A stretch of DNA of 62,020 nt from Bacillales bacterium (GTDB lineage Bacteria; Bacillota_I; Bacilli_A; RFN20; CAG-826), in NCBI GenBank assembly GCA_028723545.1, contig JAQYER010000036.1:1-62020 (forward strand), read 5' to 3'. Numbering within the stretch: the stretch's first letter is position 1; each line of letters starts with the position of its first letter. Made by a program: the position numbers and the translations under genes. The notes under the pieces are model-generated. The model was not told the DNA's origin, made no database searches, and saw only the letters and a program-made list of their open reading frames with translations. Positions 1-7,946 of this stretch are shown here, piece by piece.

Positions 1-636
1 CATGAGACGGGCGATATTATCTAATTCAAATTTAACATCTGTATTTAGTAAAGTCTCATATCCTTCTCTTCCACCCCAGAAGACATAGCCTTTACCACCT
101 AGTTTAACAGTAATATCTAATGCCTTCTTAATTTGAGCGGCCGCGAAAGCATAAACATTAACACTATTAGTGGAACCCGCTCCATTCATAAATCTTGGAT
201 TGGAGAACATATTCGCAGTACCCCATAAACATTTGATACCAGTTTCTTTCATCTTCACTAAGATATAATCACTAATTTCATCTAATCTTTGATTAGTGAT
301 GTTGATATCATCACTTTCTGGCACTAAATCGACATCATGGAAGCAGAAATATTCAATGCCAAGTTTAGACATGAATTCAAAGCCAAAATCGACTTTCGCT
401 TTCGCGTGTTCCATAGTAGCAGGAACCTCACCAAAAGACTTATCAATGGTGTTTCTTCCAAACATATCCACTCCATTTGCCCCAAGTGTATGCCACCAAC
501 TCATCGCAAACGGAAGATGTTCTTTCATCTTCTTACCTAAAATAATCTTCTCTGGATCATAAAACTTAAAAGATAAAGGGTTTTTAGAATCTTTTCCTTC
601 GAATTTTACTTTCTTAAAATCTTTTAACTGCTCCAT
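1..636 (-). CDS. xylA: xylose isomerase, N-terminal ~212 codons (3' end runs off the left window edge)
   Basis: Minus-strand translation from ATG (634-636) reads [52 protein letters not shown]...IEYFCFHDV, which is a class II XylA N-terminus. AGGAGG SD is the complement of 645-650. It is absent from the ORF track because the frame stays open to position 1. Confidence 0.9.
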   Translation of the reverse strand, partial: MEQLKDFKKVKFEGKDSKNPLSFKFYDPEKIILGKKMKEHLPFAMSWWHTLGANGVDMFGRNTIDKSFGEVPATMEHAKAKVDFGFEFMSKLGIEYFCFHDVDLVPESDDINITNQRLDEISDYILVKMKETGIKCLWGTANMFSNPRFMNGAGSTNSVNVYAFAAAQIKKALDITVKLGGKGYVFWGGREGYETLLNTDVKFELDNIARLM

Positions 637-654
637 GTTTTATACCTCCTATAA

Positions 655-724
655 ACATTTACAATTATTCTTGTCACATTCAATTATTCTCAATTATATA
701 TTTATAAACCACATTTACAATTAT
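655..724. promoter_or_regulatory. three copies of ACATT(TA)CAATTAT in the xylA upstream region (655-668, 676-687, 711-724); candidate operator or promoter repeats
   Basis: Direct repeats read in the sequence, 20-90 nt upstream of the xylA start. No regulator can be assigned. Confidence 0.3.
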
Positions 725-737
725 GTTTGATTATTCT

Positions 738-895
738 TTATTTGGATGGACTCCATTCTAAAACAATTCTTTTTTTGCTTTTATAATTATTGGCTTTACT
801 GCCATTTGTTCCAAGCATCACAATCACAACATCAGGATTAAAAGATAGGCTTTTCTATATAGATTCTGAATTGTAAACGGTTTCTTGTCAGACAT
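738..895 (-). pseudogene. degraded remnant of an SGNH/GDSL-type hydrolase gene
   Basis: The minus-strand frame over 738-838 reads NPDVVIVMLGTNGSKANNYKSKKRIVLEWSPSK*. This resembles the SGNH block III '..PDvViimlGtND..', with the Asp replaced by Gly. The upstream part (to the ATG at ~893-895) is in another frame, so the fragment is frameshifted and truncated. Confidence 0.3.
872..885. promoter_or_regulatory. cre-like site TGTAAACGGTTTCT
   Basis: Matches TGWAANCGNTNWCA at 13 of 14 positions. It lies ~235 nt upstream of the xylA start. Confidence 0.25.
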
Positions 896-1219
896 ATTTT
901 AATGCTATTCCATACTGTGTTCTTTTTAAAGAAAAACAAACCAAAAAGACATGCTACCACTTACAACACTAGATATAGGTTATTTCTTGGCATACTTACT
1001 TAATAGAATTTCTATTAAGTAAAGTGGTATTCATTTGTCATGTCTTTATTCAAAAATATAGGTTTTTATTAAAAATAAATGGGTTTTACTTCTTTAAAAT
1101 CAAGCCAACGACAGTTTCAACGTGTGGGGTGTGTCATCGTAAGCTCAAACATGCATTTAATAAATGATATAGAAGAACAATTGTATTGGTATCAATTGAT
1201 AAATAGTGCACCAAGTGAT

Positions 1220-1264
1220 AAAAACTTCCGTTGGAATTTCAATAGTTTTAAGAAAATTCCAACG
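1220..1264 (-). terminator. rho-independent terminator downstream of rlmCD
   Basis: Perfect 11-bp stem cgttggaattt/aaattccaacg (1229-1264) with a 14-nt loop. On the minus strand a T-run follows (complement of 1221-1225). It starts 6 nt after the rlmCD stop. Confidence 0.6.
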
Positions 1265-1269
1265 AATAT

Positions 1270-2619
1270 TTATTTAATAGTCAATAATAAAACAGACTCA
1301 ACATGATGCGTCATCGGAAACATATCAACTGGTTGTATCTTATCAATATTATATTTAGAAGATAATAAGACTAAATCCCTCGCCAAAGTTTCACAATTAC
1401 ATGAAACATAAACAATCTTTTTAGGAGATAATGTTAATAAAGAATTTATAAATGATTCATCCAATCCTTTTCTTGGAGGATCGACAAATACAACATCAAC
1501 TTTTATTCCTAATTGATTAAATCTAAGCATATATTTGGATGCGTCATCGCATTCAAATTTAACATTATTAATATTATTTATTTTTGCGTTCCTAGTCGCA
1601 TCAATAATCGCGTCTTTAACAATTTCTATTCCATATACTTGTTTTGCTTTTTTTGCAGCAATTAATGATATTGTTCCAATTCCACAATAAGCATCGATAA
1701 CGATTTCATTTACAGTTAGATTTGCATATTCAATTGCCTTGCCATATAAAACATCAACTTGAATAGGATTAACTTGATAAAATGATTTTGAAGATATTTT
1801 AAAATTGACTCCTAAAATTGAGTCTTCAATATATCCTCTACCATATAATGTTCTTTCTTTTTGCCCTAATATCACATTAGTGTCTCTAGTATTTATATTT
1901 TGAATAACCGTTGTTATTTCTGGATGTTTTTCCACTATCGCTTTAACAAAATTATTTTTACCTTTAAATTCATCTAAAAAGGTCACTAAAGTGAGCATAA
2001 TTTGATCTTTATGTTTTGATGTTCTAATTAATATATGACGAATACATCCAGTATGTTTATCTTCATCATATGGTTCAATTTTAAATGAACGCATTAATGA
2101 TTTAATATCTTTAATAATCGGTCTAGATCTTTCGTCATCAATATAACAAACATCTGTCGCAATAATCTTATGAGTATTCGCTCGATAAAAACCAGAAATA
2201 ATATTTCCATGAATATCTTTTCCAAGAGGAACTTGGATTTTATTTCGATAATGATATGGATTATCCATACCTAAACAAGCTAATACATCAAAATCTTTAT
2301 TAAAATGTCTTCTAAATGCATCTTTTACTTTATTGGTCTTATATTCTAATTGAGCGTCATACGATAATTGTTGAAATTGACAACCACCACAAGAAGTACA
2401 AATACCACATAAAGGCTGAATGCGATTTTCTGATTTGGCTATTAATCTTCTAATCTTTCCAAATTTCGTTCCAGCACGTGTATATTCAACATAAACTTCT
2501 AATTCTTCATTTGGGAACGCACCATCAACAAAAACAATGCCTTGTTCTGTTTTAATAACGCCTTTTCCTTCAAATGATATATCAATGCATTTTCCAGTTA
2601 AAAATTCTTTCTTTTCCAT
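1270..2619 (-). CDS. rlmCD: RumA/TrmA-family 23S rRNA (uracil-C5)-methyltransferase with TRAM domain and Fe-S Cys cluster
   Basis: 449 aa with an N-terminal TRAM-like fold, the CGICTSCGGCQFQ cysteine cluster, the SAM-binding DAYCGIGT motif, and a C-terminal VYVSCN..ARD motif. Confidence 0.85.
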   Translation of the reverse strand: MEKKEFLTGKCIDISFEGKGVIKTEQGIVFVDGAFPNEELEVYVEYTRAGTKFGKIRRLIAKSENRIQPLCGICTSCGGCQFQQLSYDAQLEYKTNKVKDAFRRHFNKDFDVLACLGMDNPYHYRNKIQVPLGKDIHGNIISGFYRANTHKIIATDVCYIDDERSRPIIKDIKSLMRSFKIEPYDEDKHTGCIRHILIRTSKHKDQIMLTLVTFLDEFKGKNNFVKAIVEKHPEITTVIQNINTRDTNVILGQKERTLYGRGYIEDSILGVNFKISSKSFYQVNPIQVDVLYGKAIEYANLTVNEIVIDAYCGIGTISLIAAKKAKQVYGIEIVKDAIIDATRNAKINNINNVKFECDDASKYMLRFNQLGIKVDVVFVDPPRKGLDESFINSLLTLSPKKIVYVSCNCETLARDLVLLSSKYNIDKIQPVDMFPMTHHVESVLLLTIK

Positions 2620-2670
2620 AACGAAAAATATTATATCAAAGATTCAATAAATAACGACTAAAAACGTCGA

Positions 2671-3888
2671 CTAATAATCAAGTTTAAACGCAGTTAAAAA
2701 TATACGATATGTTTTTAAATATGTCATCGCAGAAATCGAACCATATTGAGAAGAAGTAAACGCTACACCGATAATTCCTTCTCTATACATGTGTTGATAT
2801 TCATCAGTAACTAATCCAGTATTGTGATTTCTTGGATATGAAGATAATTCTGGGCCAATTGAATTAATATAATTCCATTGTTCAGTTCGATTATTATCAA
2901 AGAAAATATCAAACGGATTATCATAACTAGATGCATCAACATAATATACATCAATATGATCCGCTATAAAATTTGGATATTCGCCATCACTTCCATAACC
3001 TCCACGAGGTTTCGCCATAATAAATTTCTTATTTGATTCATCGTAGCAAAATTCAGCGTTGACTATTCTTTTTGTGCCATATAAATAGCCACCATCAGTG
3101 AATAATGTTGATTCCCTAATTAATTTATAGTCATTAATATTTGAGAAATCATATTCTCTAACATTCATAAATGAGCCAGTTGGACATCCAACTGTTGTAA
3201 ACAATAAAACTCTTCCTTTTTTATCAACACTCATTAAGCAAGCTTGTCCAGTTCCCCAGTTCTTATTCGTGCAATTAAAGTCTTTATAAGGCACAATCGG
3301 ATTAATTGGAGTAACTCCATCCAATTTGTAATCATTACATTTAATCCACGGTCCTTCAGGTGATTTTGAAACGGCGATACCTGTTTCATTTAAAGTGCAA
3401 TCCAAAGGAACACAACCAAGATACGCCATTAAATAATTATATTTTTCGTTATTATATTCAAATTCCCCTTTAATAACAGTTGGGTCGCATGTATGTGTTT
3501 GATCCCATGTGTCTTCACTAGGAGAAATAACTAATTGTTCTTTTGAATAATATAATTGATTGTTTTTAATTTCACCGCTTCGATAGCCGATATAATCAAC
3601 TACACTACCCCAGTCTTTATTTGTGCAATAATAAACATATTCTTTATTATTTTCAATGAAGATTGATGGGCAATAATTATAAAAATAATCTTCTCCATCA
3701 TCGCCGACAGTTTCTTCTTCACTATGTTTGAAAAGTAATTTTACTTCTCCTTCATTAGGTAAAAAATTATTCATAATATCCCCATATTCTCCTAAGTATA
3801 ACGAAGTAGATGGTGTTGTGGTTGTAGAAGTTGAATTACATCCACAAATAATTAATGGAAATAATAATATTAAAATATTTTTATTCAT
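2671..3888 (-). CDS. lipoprotein, beta-propeller glycoside-hydrolase-like (paralog 1 of 3)
   Basis: Lipobox ICGC. Closely similar to the 5460-6746 product (shared FYNYCPSIFIE, YYCTNKD, DYIGYR, CDP(T/S)VIKGEF, YLMAYLGCVP.DCTLNETGIAVSKSPEGPWIKC). I prefer the start at ATG 3886-3888 (MNKNILILL...), which overlaps the rbsK stop as ATGAATAA, over the ORF-track start at 3921. Confidence 0.75.
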   Translation of the reverse strand: MNKNILILLFPLIICGCNSTSTTTTPSTSLYLGEYGDIMNNFLPNEGEVKLLFKHSEEETVGDDGEDYFYNYCPSIFIENNKEYVYYCTNKDWGSVVDYIGYRSGEIKNNQLYYSKEQLVISPSEDTWDQTHTCDPTVIKGEFEYNNEKYNYLMAYLGCVPLDCTLNETGIAVSKSPEGPWIKCNDYKLDGVTPINPIVPYKDFNCTNKNWGTGQACLMSVDKKGRVLLFTTVGCPTGSFMNVREYDFSNINDYKLIRESTLFTDGGYLYGTKRIVNAEFCYDESNKKFIMAKPRGGYGSDGEYPNFIADHIDVYYVDASSYDNPFDIFFDNNRTEQWNYINSIGPELSSYPRNHNTGLVTDEYQHMYREGIIGVAFTSSQYGSISAMTYLKTYRIFLTAFKLDY

Positions 3889-4762
3889 ATACTTCTTCGC
3901 CATTTGGAATCGAAATAACACTACCTTTCCTTGAAACAGTAATAGAAGATGCTTTGCTTGCGATATCCATTGATTCTAATATTGAATAAGAAGCTGCTAA
4001 AGAAGAAACAAAATAACCAACATATGTATCTCCAGCCGCAACTGTGTCAATCGCTTCCACTTTATAACATGGAACTTCAAATCTCTCATTTTTATTTACA
4101 AATAACGATCCTTTGGTCCCTAATGTAACTAATACGTTTTTAATGCCTTTGTTAATTAAATACTCAATTCCTTTATTGATGTCGCTTGTATTCGAATATT
4201 TCATTAATTCGACTTCGTTTGGAATGAAATAAGTTATATATTTAAAATATTTTTCATCAAGTTCTCGATATGGTGCAGGATTATAGACGATGATTTTATT
4301 TAATTCGTGAGCTTTTTCAAAAATGAATTCGTTTGTAATTGACGGTATTTCGTTTTGCAAAACAATATAATCAGCATTTTTGATTAATTCAATATCAATA
4401 TCTTTAGGAAGCAATTCTCCATTCGCACCAGAAATAATGACAATTTCATTTTCTCCTTTGTCTGATACTGTAATTGTCGCGTTTCCTGTTTCAGTATTTT
4501 CTTTAATCAACAAATGAGAAATAACACCATAACTATTAAGAACTTCTTGAATTTGCTTTCCATCAATATCATTACCAACCGCACCGATCATATGACAATT
4601 GACTTTTTTTGATTTGGCAACCGCTACTGCTTGATTTTCCCCTTTTCCACCAGGTTGAATATAACGAGATTTGCCATAAATTGTTTCTCCTTGCAAAGGA
4701 AAATCATTAACATAGACCGTATAATCCATATTTAGTGAACCAATTATTAATACATTTTTCAT
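3881..4762 (-). CDS. rbsK: ribokinase (PfkB family)
   Basis: 293 aa with GGKGENQAVA and DTVAAGDTY(V)G motifs and ribokinase-like overall order. ATGA overlap with the upstream gene. Confidence 0.8.
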   Translation of the reverse strand: MKNVLIIGSLNMDYTVYVNDFPLQGETIYGKSRYIQPGGKGENQAVAVAKSKKVNCHMIGAVGNDIDGKQIQEVLNSYGVISHLLIKENTETGNATITVSDKGENEIVIISGANGELLPKDIDIELIKNADYIVLQNEIPSITNEFIFEKAHELNKIIVYNPAPYRELDEKYFKYITYFIPNEVELMKYSNTSDINKGIEYLINKGIKNVLVTLGTKGSLFVNKNERFEVPCYKVEAIDTVAAGDTYVGYFVSSLAASYSILESMDIASKASSITVSRKGSVISIPNGEEVYE

Positions 4763-5460
4763 TTTTCTTCATCCTCCTTCACGACAGGTAAAAATAAATT
4801 TTCTGGTAATAATGATCTTTCACATTCTTCTCGAGCAATCGTTGTGAATGTTTTTTTATTAATTGCTTGAAGAATGTATATAAAAAACGTAAATGAAACA
4901 AACGGGATTAAAAAAGGAATCAAATATAAAACAATTACAAAACTAATAAAAATTACTAAATTAAGAAAAGTTAATAATTTCTTTCTTAATGTTATAACTG
5001 CCGCTTTTTTAATCATTACAAAGAAAGTATCGTCTTTATAATAATCATTAAACAACATTAGATTAAAATAGATAGATAAAAAGACAATGCTTATTGAAAC
5101 TAGAAACACTAATGCAAACCACCCAATCCAGTTATATGCAACGTGCTTAATATAATAAATATCAAAATAAAACAATGTTCCAACAATTAACATGATTGAA
5201 ATACACAATATTTCTAATCTCCATGAGAATGACCATTGGTTTTTTATTTCCATAAAAAATGTTTTATATACATTATCATCATTATCGGAAATGTAATTAT
5301 ATATGATTTTATGAAGCGATACTAAACTAGGAAAAAATAATACAAACAAAGATAATAATGAAACAACACAAAAAATAATATTCAACGCTATTAATTCAAA
5401 TATTCTTTTCGAATATTTATAAAACGGACTATTTAATTTTTGTTCAAATGTTTTTTTCAT
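4759..5460 (-). CDS. DUF624/YesL-like integral membrane protein
   Basis: 233 aa, about 6 TM helices, with the position typical of YesL-type proteins in sugar ABC loci. It ends with a TGA stop (4759-4761). Confidence 0.55.
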   Translation of the reverse strand: MKKTFEQKLNSPFYKYSKRIFELIALNIIFCVVSLLSLFVLFFPSLVSLHKIIYNYISDNDDNVYKTFFMEIKNQWSFSWRLEILCISIMLIVGTLFYFDIYYIKHVAYNWIGWFALVFLVSISIVFLSIYFNLMLFNDYYKDDTFFVMIKKAAVITLRKKLLTFLNLVIFISFVIVLYLIPFLIPFVSFTFFIYILQAINKKTFTTIAREECERSLLPENLFLPVVKEDEEK

Positions 5461-6746
5461 TATTGATAATATTTGCTTGGGAAATTAAACGCTGTCGCGT
5501 AAATACGATATGTTGATAAATATGACCAATTGTTTCCAGTTTCTTCATCACTGCGAGTGAAGGCAACTCCTAAATTCTTTGAAGAATCAATATGTCCATA
5601 TTCATCAGTAATTAATCCAGTATTGTGATTTCGTAAAAAACCAGTTAATGATTTGTCTATGGTTCCAATTGATTTCCATGTTTTAGTTGTATTGTTTCCT
5701 GCAAATAACACATCACCAACATTCGTGCCTTCAGTATCATCAATATAATATACATCGATCGTGTCGGCAATGAAATTTGGATTCTTTCCGTCTGTACCAA
5801 ATCGTTGACGAGGTTTGGCCATAATTATTCGGCGATTCTCAACATCGTAACCAAAATCAGCATTATTTATTACATCTATTCCAGAAGATGTGCTTTTAAC
5901 ACCAGTGGAAGTAATCTTCATTCTTTCTCTTATTAATTGATAATTATCAATATCAGAAAAATCATATTCTCTTAAATTTGTAAATGTTCCGTTGGACGCT
6001 CCAACAGTGGTAAATAACAATACCCTTCCTTTATTATCAACAGATACTAAAGAAGGTTGACCAGTTCCCCATAATCCATCACAAGAGAATTCACTATATT
6101 TGACGATTGGATTGATTTTTGTTTCTCCATCAATTTGAAAATCACATTTAATCCAAGGCCCTTCAGGACTTTTTGAAACAGCAATACCAGTTTCATTTAA
6201 TGTGCAATCAGAAGGAACACATCCAAGATAGGCCATTAAATATGAATATTGCTCTCCATGGAATTTAAATTCACCTTTGATTACACTTGGATCGCAATCA
6301 TGTCTTGAATCCCATGATCCAATTTCCCCAGGAGATAAGACAAATTTTGTTTCGCTAGAATATTCTAATTTATTATTAGTTATTTGTCCTGTTCTATAAC
6401 CAATATAATCAGTCACGTATCCTTCATCTTTGTTGGTGCAATAATATACATGTTGAACATTATCTTCGATAAAAATTGATGGACAATAATTATAAAATAG
6501 ACTTTCACCTGCAACTCCATGATCAAATAATAATCTCACTTCACCAACTTCCGGAATCAAAGAAATTTCTTTCTGAGGTTCACTACTAGAAGTAGTTGAG
6601 GTTGTTAAAGTATCGGAGGTGGTTGGTGTTGTATCTAAAGATCCTGAAGTAGTATTTGATGAATTATCAGTCGTTGACGAAAAACTAATATCACAACTAG
6701 ATATCAATAACGCTAGTCCAACTAATCCAAAATATTTTTTATTCAC
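5460..6746 (-). CDS. lipoprotein, beta-propeller glycoside-hydrolase-like (paralog 2 of 3)
   Basis: Lipobox ISSC, an S/T-rich linker, then strong similarity to the 2671-3888 product. GTG start at 6744-6746 overlaps the upstream stop (GTGAATAA). Confidence 0.75.
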   Translation of the reverse strand: MNKKYFGLVGLALLISSCDISFSSTTDNSSNTTSGSLDTTPTTSDTLTTSTTSSSEPQKEISLIPEVGEVRLLFDHGVAGESLFYNYCPSIFIEDNVQHVYYCTNKDEGYVTDYIGYRTGQITNNKLEYSSETKFVLSPGEIGSWDSRHDCDPSVIKGEFKFHGEQYSYLMAYLGCVPSDCTLNETGIAVSKSPEGPWIKCDFQIDGETKINPIVKYSEFSCDGLWGTGQPSLVSVDNKGRVLLFTTVGASNGTFTNLREYDFSDIDNYQLIRERMKITSTGVKSTSSGIDVINNADFGYDVENRRIIMAKPRQRFGTDGKNPNFIADTIDVYYIDDTEGTNVGDVLFAGNNTTKTWKSIGTIDKSLTGFLRNHNTGLITDEYGHIDSSKNLGVAFTRSDEETGNNWSYLSTYRIYATAFNFPSKYYQ

Positions 6747-7932
6747 CTAAATTAACCTCAATTGAGCATAATGATGCAGTGTAATTTGAATCCATAACAC
6801 CTTCATTGAATGTAGAATATATTACTTCAATTGAAGTTGCATCACTAGAAATATATCCATATTCATTAGTGACAATTTCTGGAGAATATAATTCATCCCA
6901 TCCTAATGATTCATCATTATTCATATCCATTGTATCAAAGCCAGTGACTTTTTTAATAGAAGTCCATTTTGCTAATGTTGAAGATAAAATATCTGAGCTC
7001 GCAATAGCGATTTCAAAAGATGAAGCACATCCAGGAATATTTAATGAAGGCGCGCCATCATTAGCTAAAATAATATCATGATTTTCATTATCTTTAATTG
7101 CTAAACCAACATTAGATAATATACCATCATCACGGCCAATTAAACCTTCACTAGGAAGTTCAGCATATCCTTCTTCAATGATGATTTCGTTTAAATTTGA
7201 AAAATCACATTGTTTAACTCTTACACCTGAGATTTGAGTTTCCCCAAAAGCATATGTAAGCATAACTTTTCCTTGTTTATCGATTGAATTTAATACTGGA
7301 GAGCCATATCCGAATGAAGCTTCAAATATTTCAGGGTTTTCTAAAATAGGAGTATTGCCGACTCTAACCCATTCTCCAAAGATATTGTTTGATACAGCTA
7401 AACCAATATGATTATTGTAATTATCACCATATTCATTGCCTTGATACGCTAATAAATATGAATAACTTTCTTGTTGATAAGAGAATGTTCCTTTAACGAT
7501 ACTTGGTTGATAAATGTAATTATCCCAACTATTTTCACTTCCTCTAAAAACAATATGTTTTTCTCCATATTCCCATTCGCCATTATTAATAACGCCTTTT
7601 CTTGCAGCAAAAACTTGTTTTCCTTTGGCTTCTTCTTGAGAGACGTAAATAACATATCTTTCGCCATTTTCATCAAAGACCGATGCATCTTTTGTATTGA
7701 AGCCTAAAGATTCTTTAAATAACAAACCAGTGCCATTAATATCTTTTTGCTCACCTTGTTCATATATTGGTAAATCATCTCCACCAGTTGATGTGCCAGT
7801 AGATGGTGAAGTTGTGTTGGTATTTGTATCAGTGTTTGTGTTTGTGTCACTAGAATTAGTATTAGAAGAATTATTACAAGACACTAATAAGAATAAAGAC
7901 AAGAATAGACAAGATAAATGTATTTTTTTCAT
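6739..7932 (-). CDS. lipoprotein, divergent beta-propeller glycoside-hydrolase-like (paralog 3 of 3)
   Basis: Lipobox LVSC and an N/T/S-rich linker. Motifs DASVFDENG, SWDN.IYQPSIVKG, YSYLLAYQG and HIGLAVSNNIFGEW occur in the same order as in the other two paralogs. Confidence 0.7.
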   Translation of the reverse strand: MKKIHLSCLFLSLFLLVSCNNSSNTNSSDTNTNTDTNTNTTSPSTGTSTGGDDLPIYEQGEQKDINGTGLLFKESLGFNTKDASVFDENGERYVIYVSQEEAKGKQVFAARKGVINNGEWEYGEKHIVFRGSENSWDNYIYQPSIVKGTFSYQQESYSYLLAYQGNEYGDNYNNHIGLAVSNNIFGEWVRVGNTPILENPEIFEASFGYGSPVLNSIDKQGKVMLTYAFGETQISGVRVKQCDFSNLNEIIIEEGYAELPSEGLIGRDDGILSNVGLAIKDNENHDIILANDGAPSLNIPGCASSFEIAIASSDILSSTLAKWTSIKKVTGFDTMDMNNDESLGWDELYSPEIVTNEYGYISSDATSIEVIYSTFNEGVMDSNYTASLCSIEVNLGE

Positions 7933-7946
7933 AAACTTATTTCTCC

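Noticed and set aside
296-562. Plus-strand ORFs 296-562 and 337-540
   Set aside because: They lie antisense inside the clearly recognisable xylA coding frame. They have no SD and a low-complexity composition.
1079-1306. 75-aa plus-strand ORF in the rlmCD downstream spacer
   Set aside because: It runs through the rlmCD terminator hairpin and into the 3' end of rlmCD. It has no SD and no recognisable motif, so it is likely a chance ORF.
2620-2670. Possible terminator between locus A and rlmCD (cgac...gtcg)
   Set aside because: The stem is only 4-5 bp and there is no T-run. This is too weak to call, so rlmCD may be co-transcribed with locus A or have its own weak promoter.
4759-4761. Possibility of Mycoplasma-type genetic code (TGA read as Trp)
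   Set aside because: TGA terminates the DUF624 ORF exactly at an ATGA overlap with rbsK. All long ORFs are intact under the standard code, with Trp encoded by TGG.
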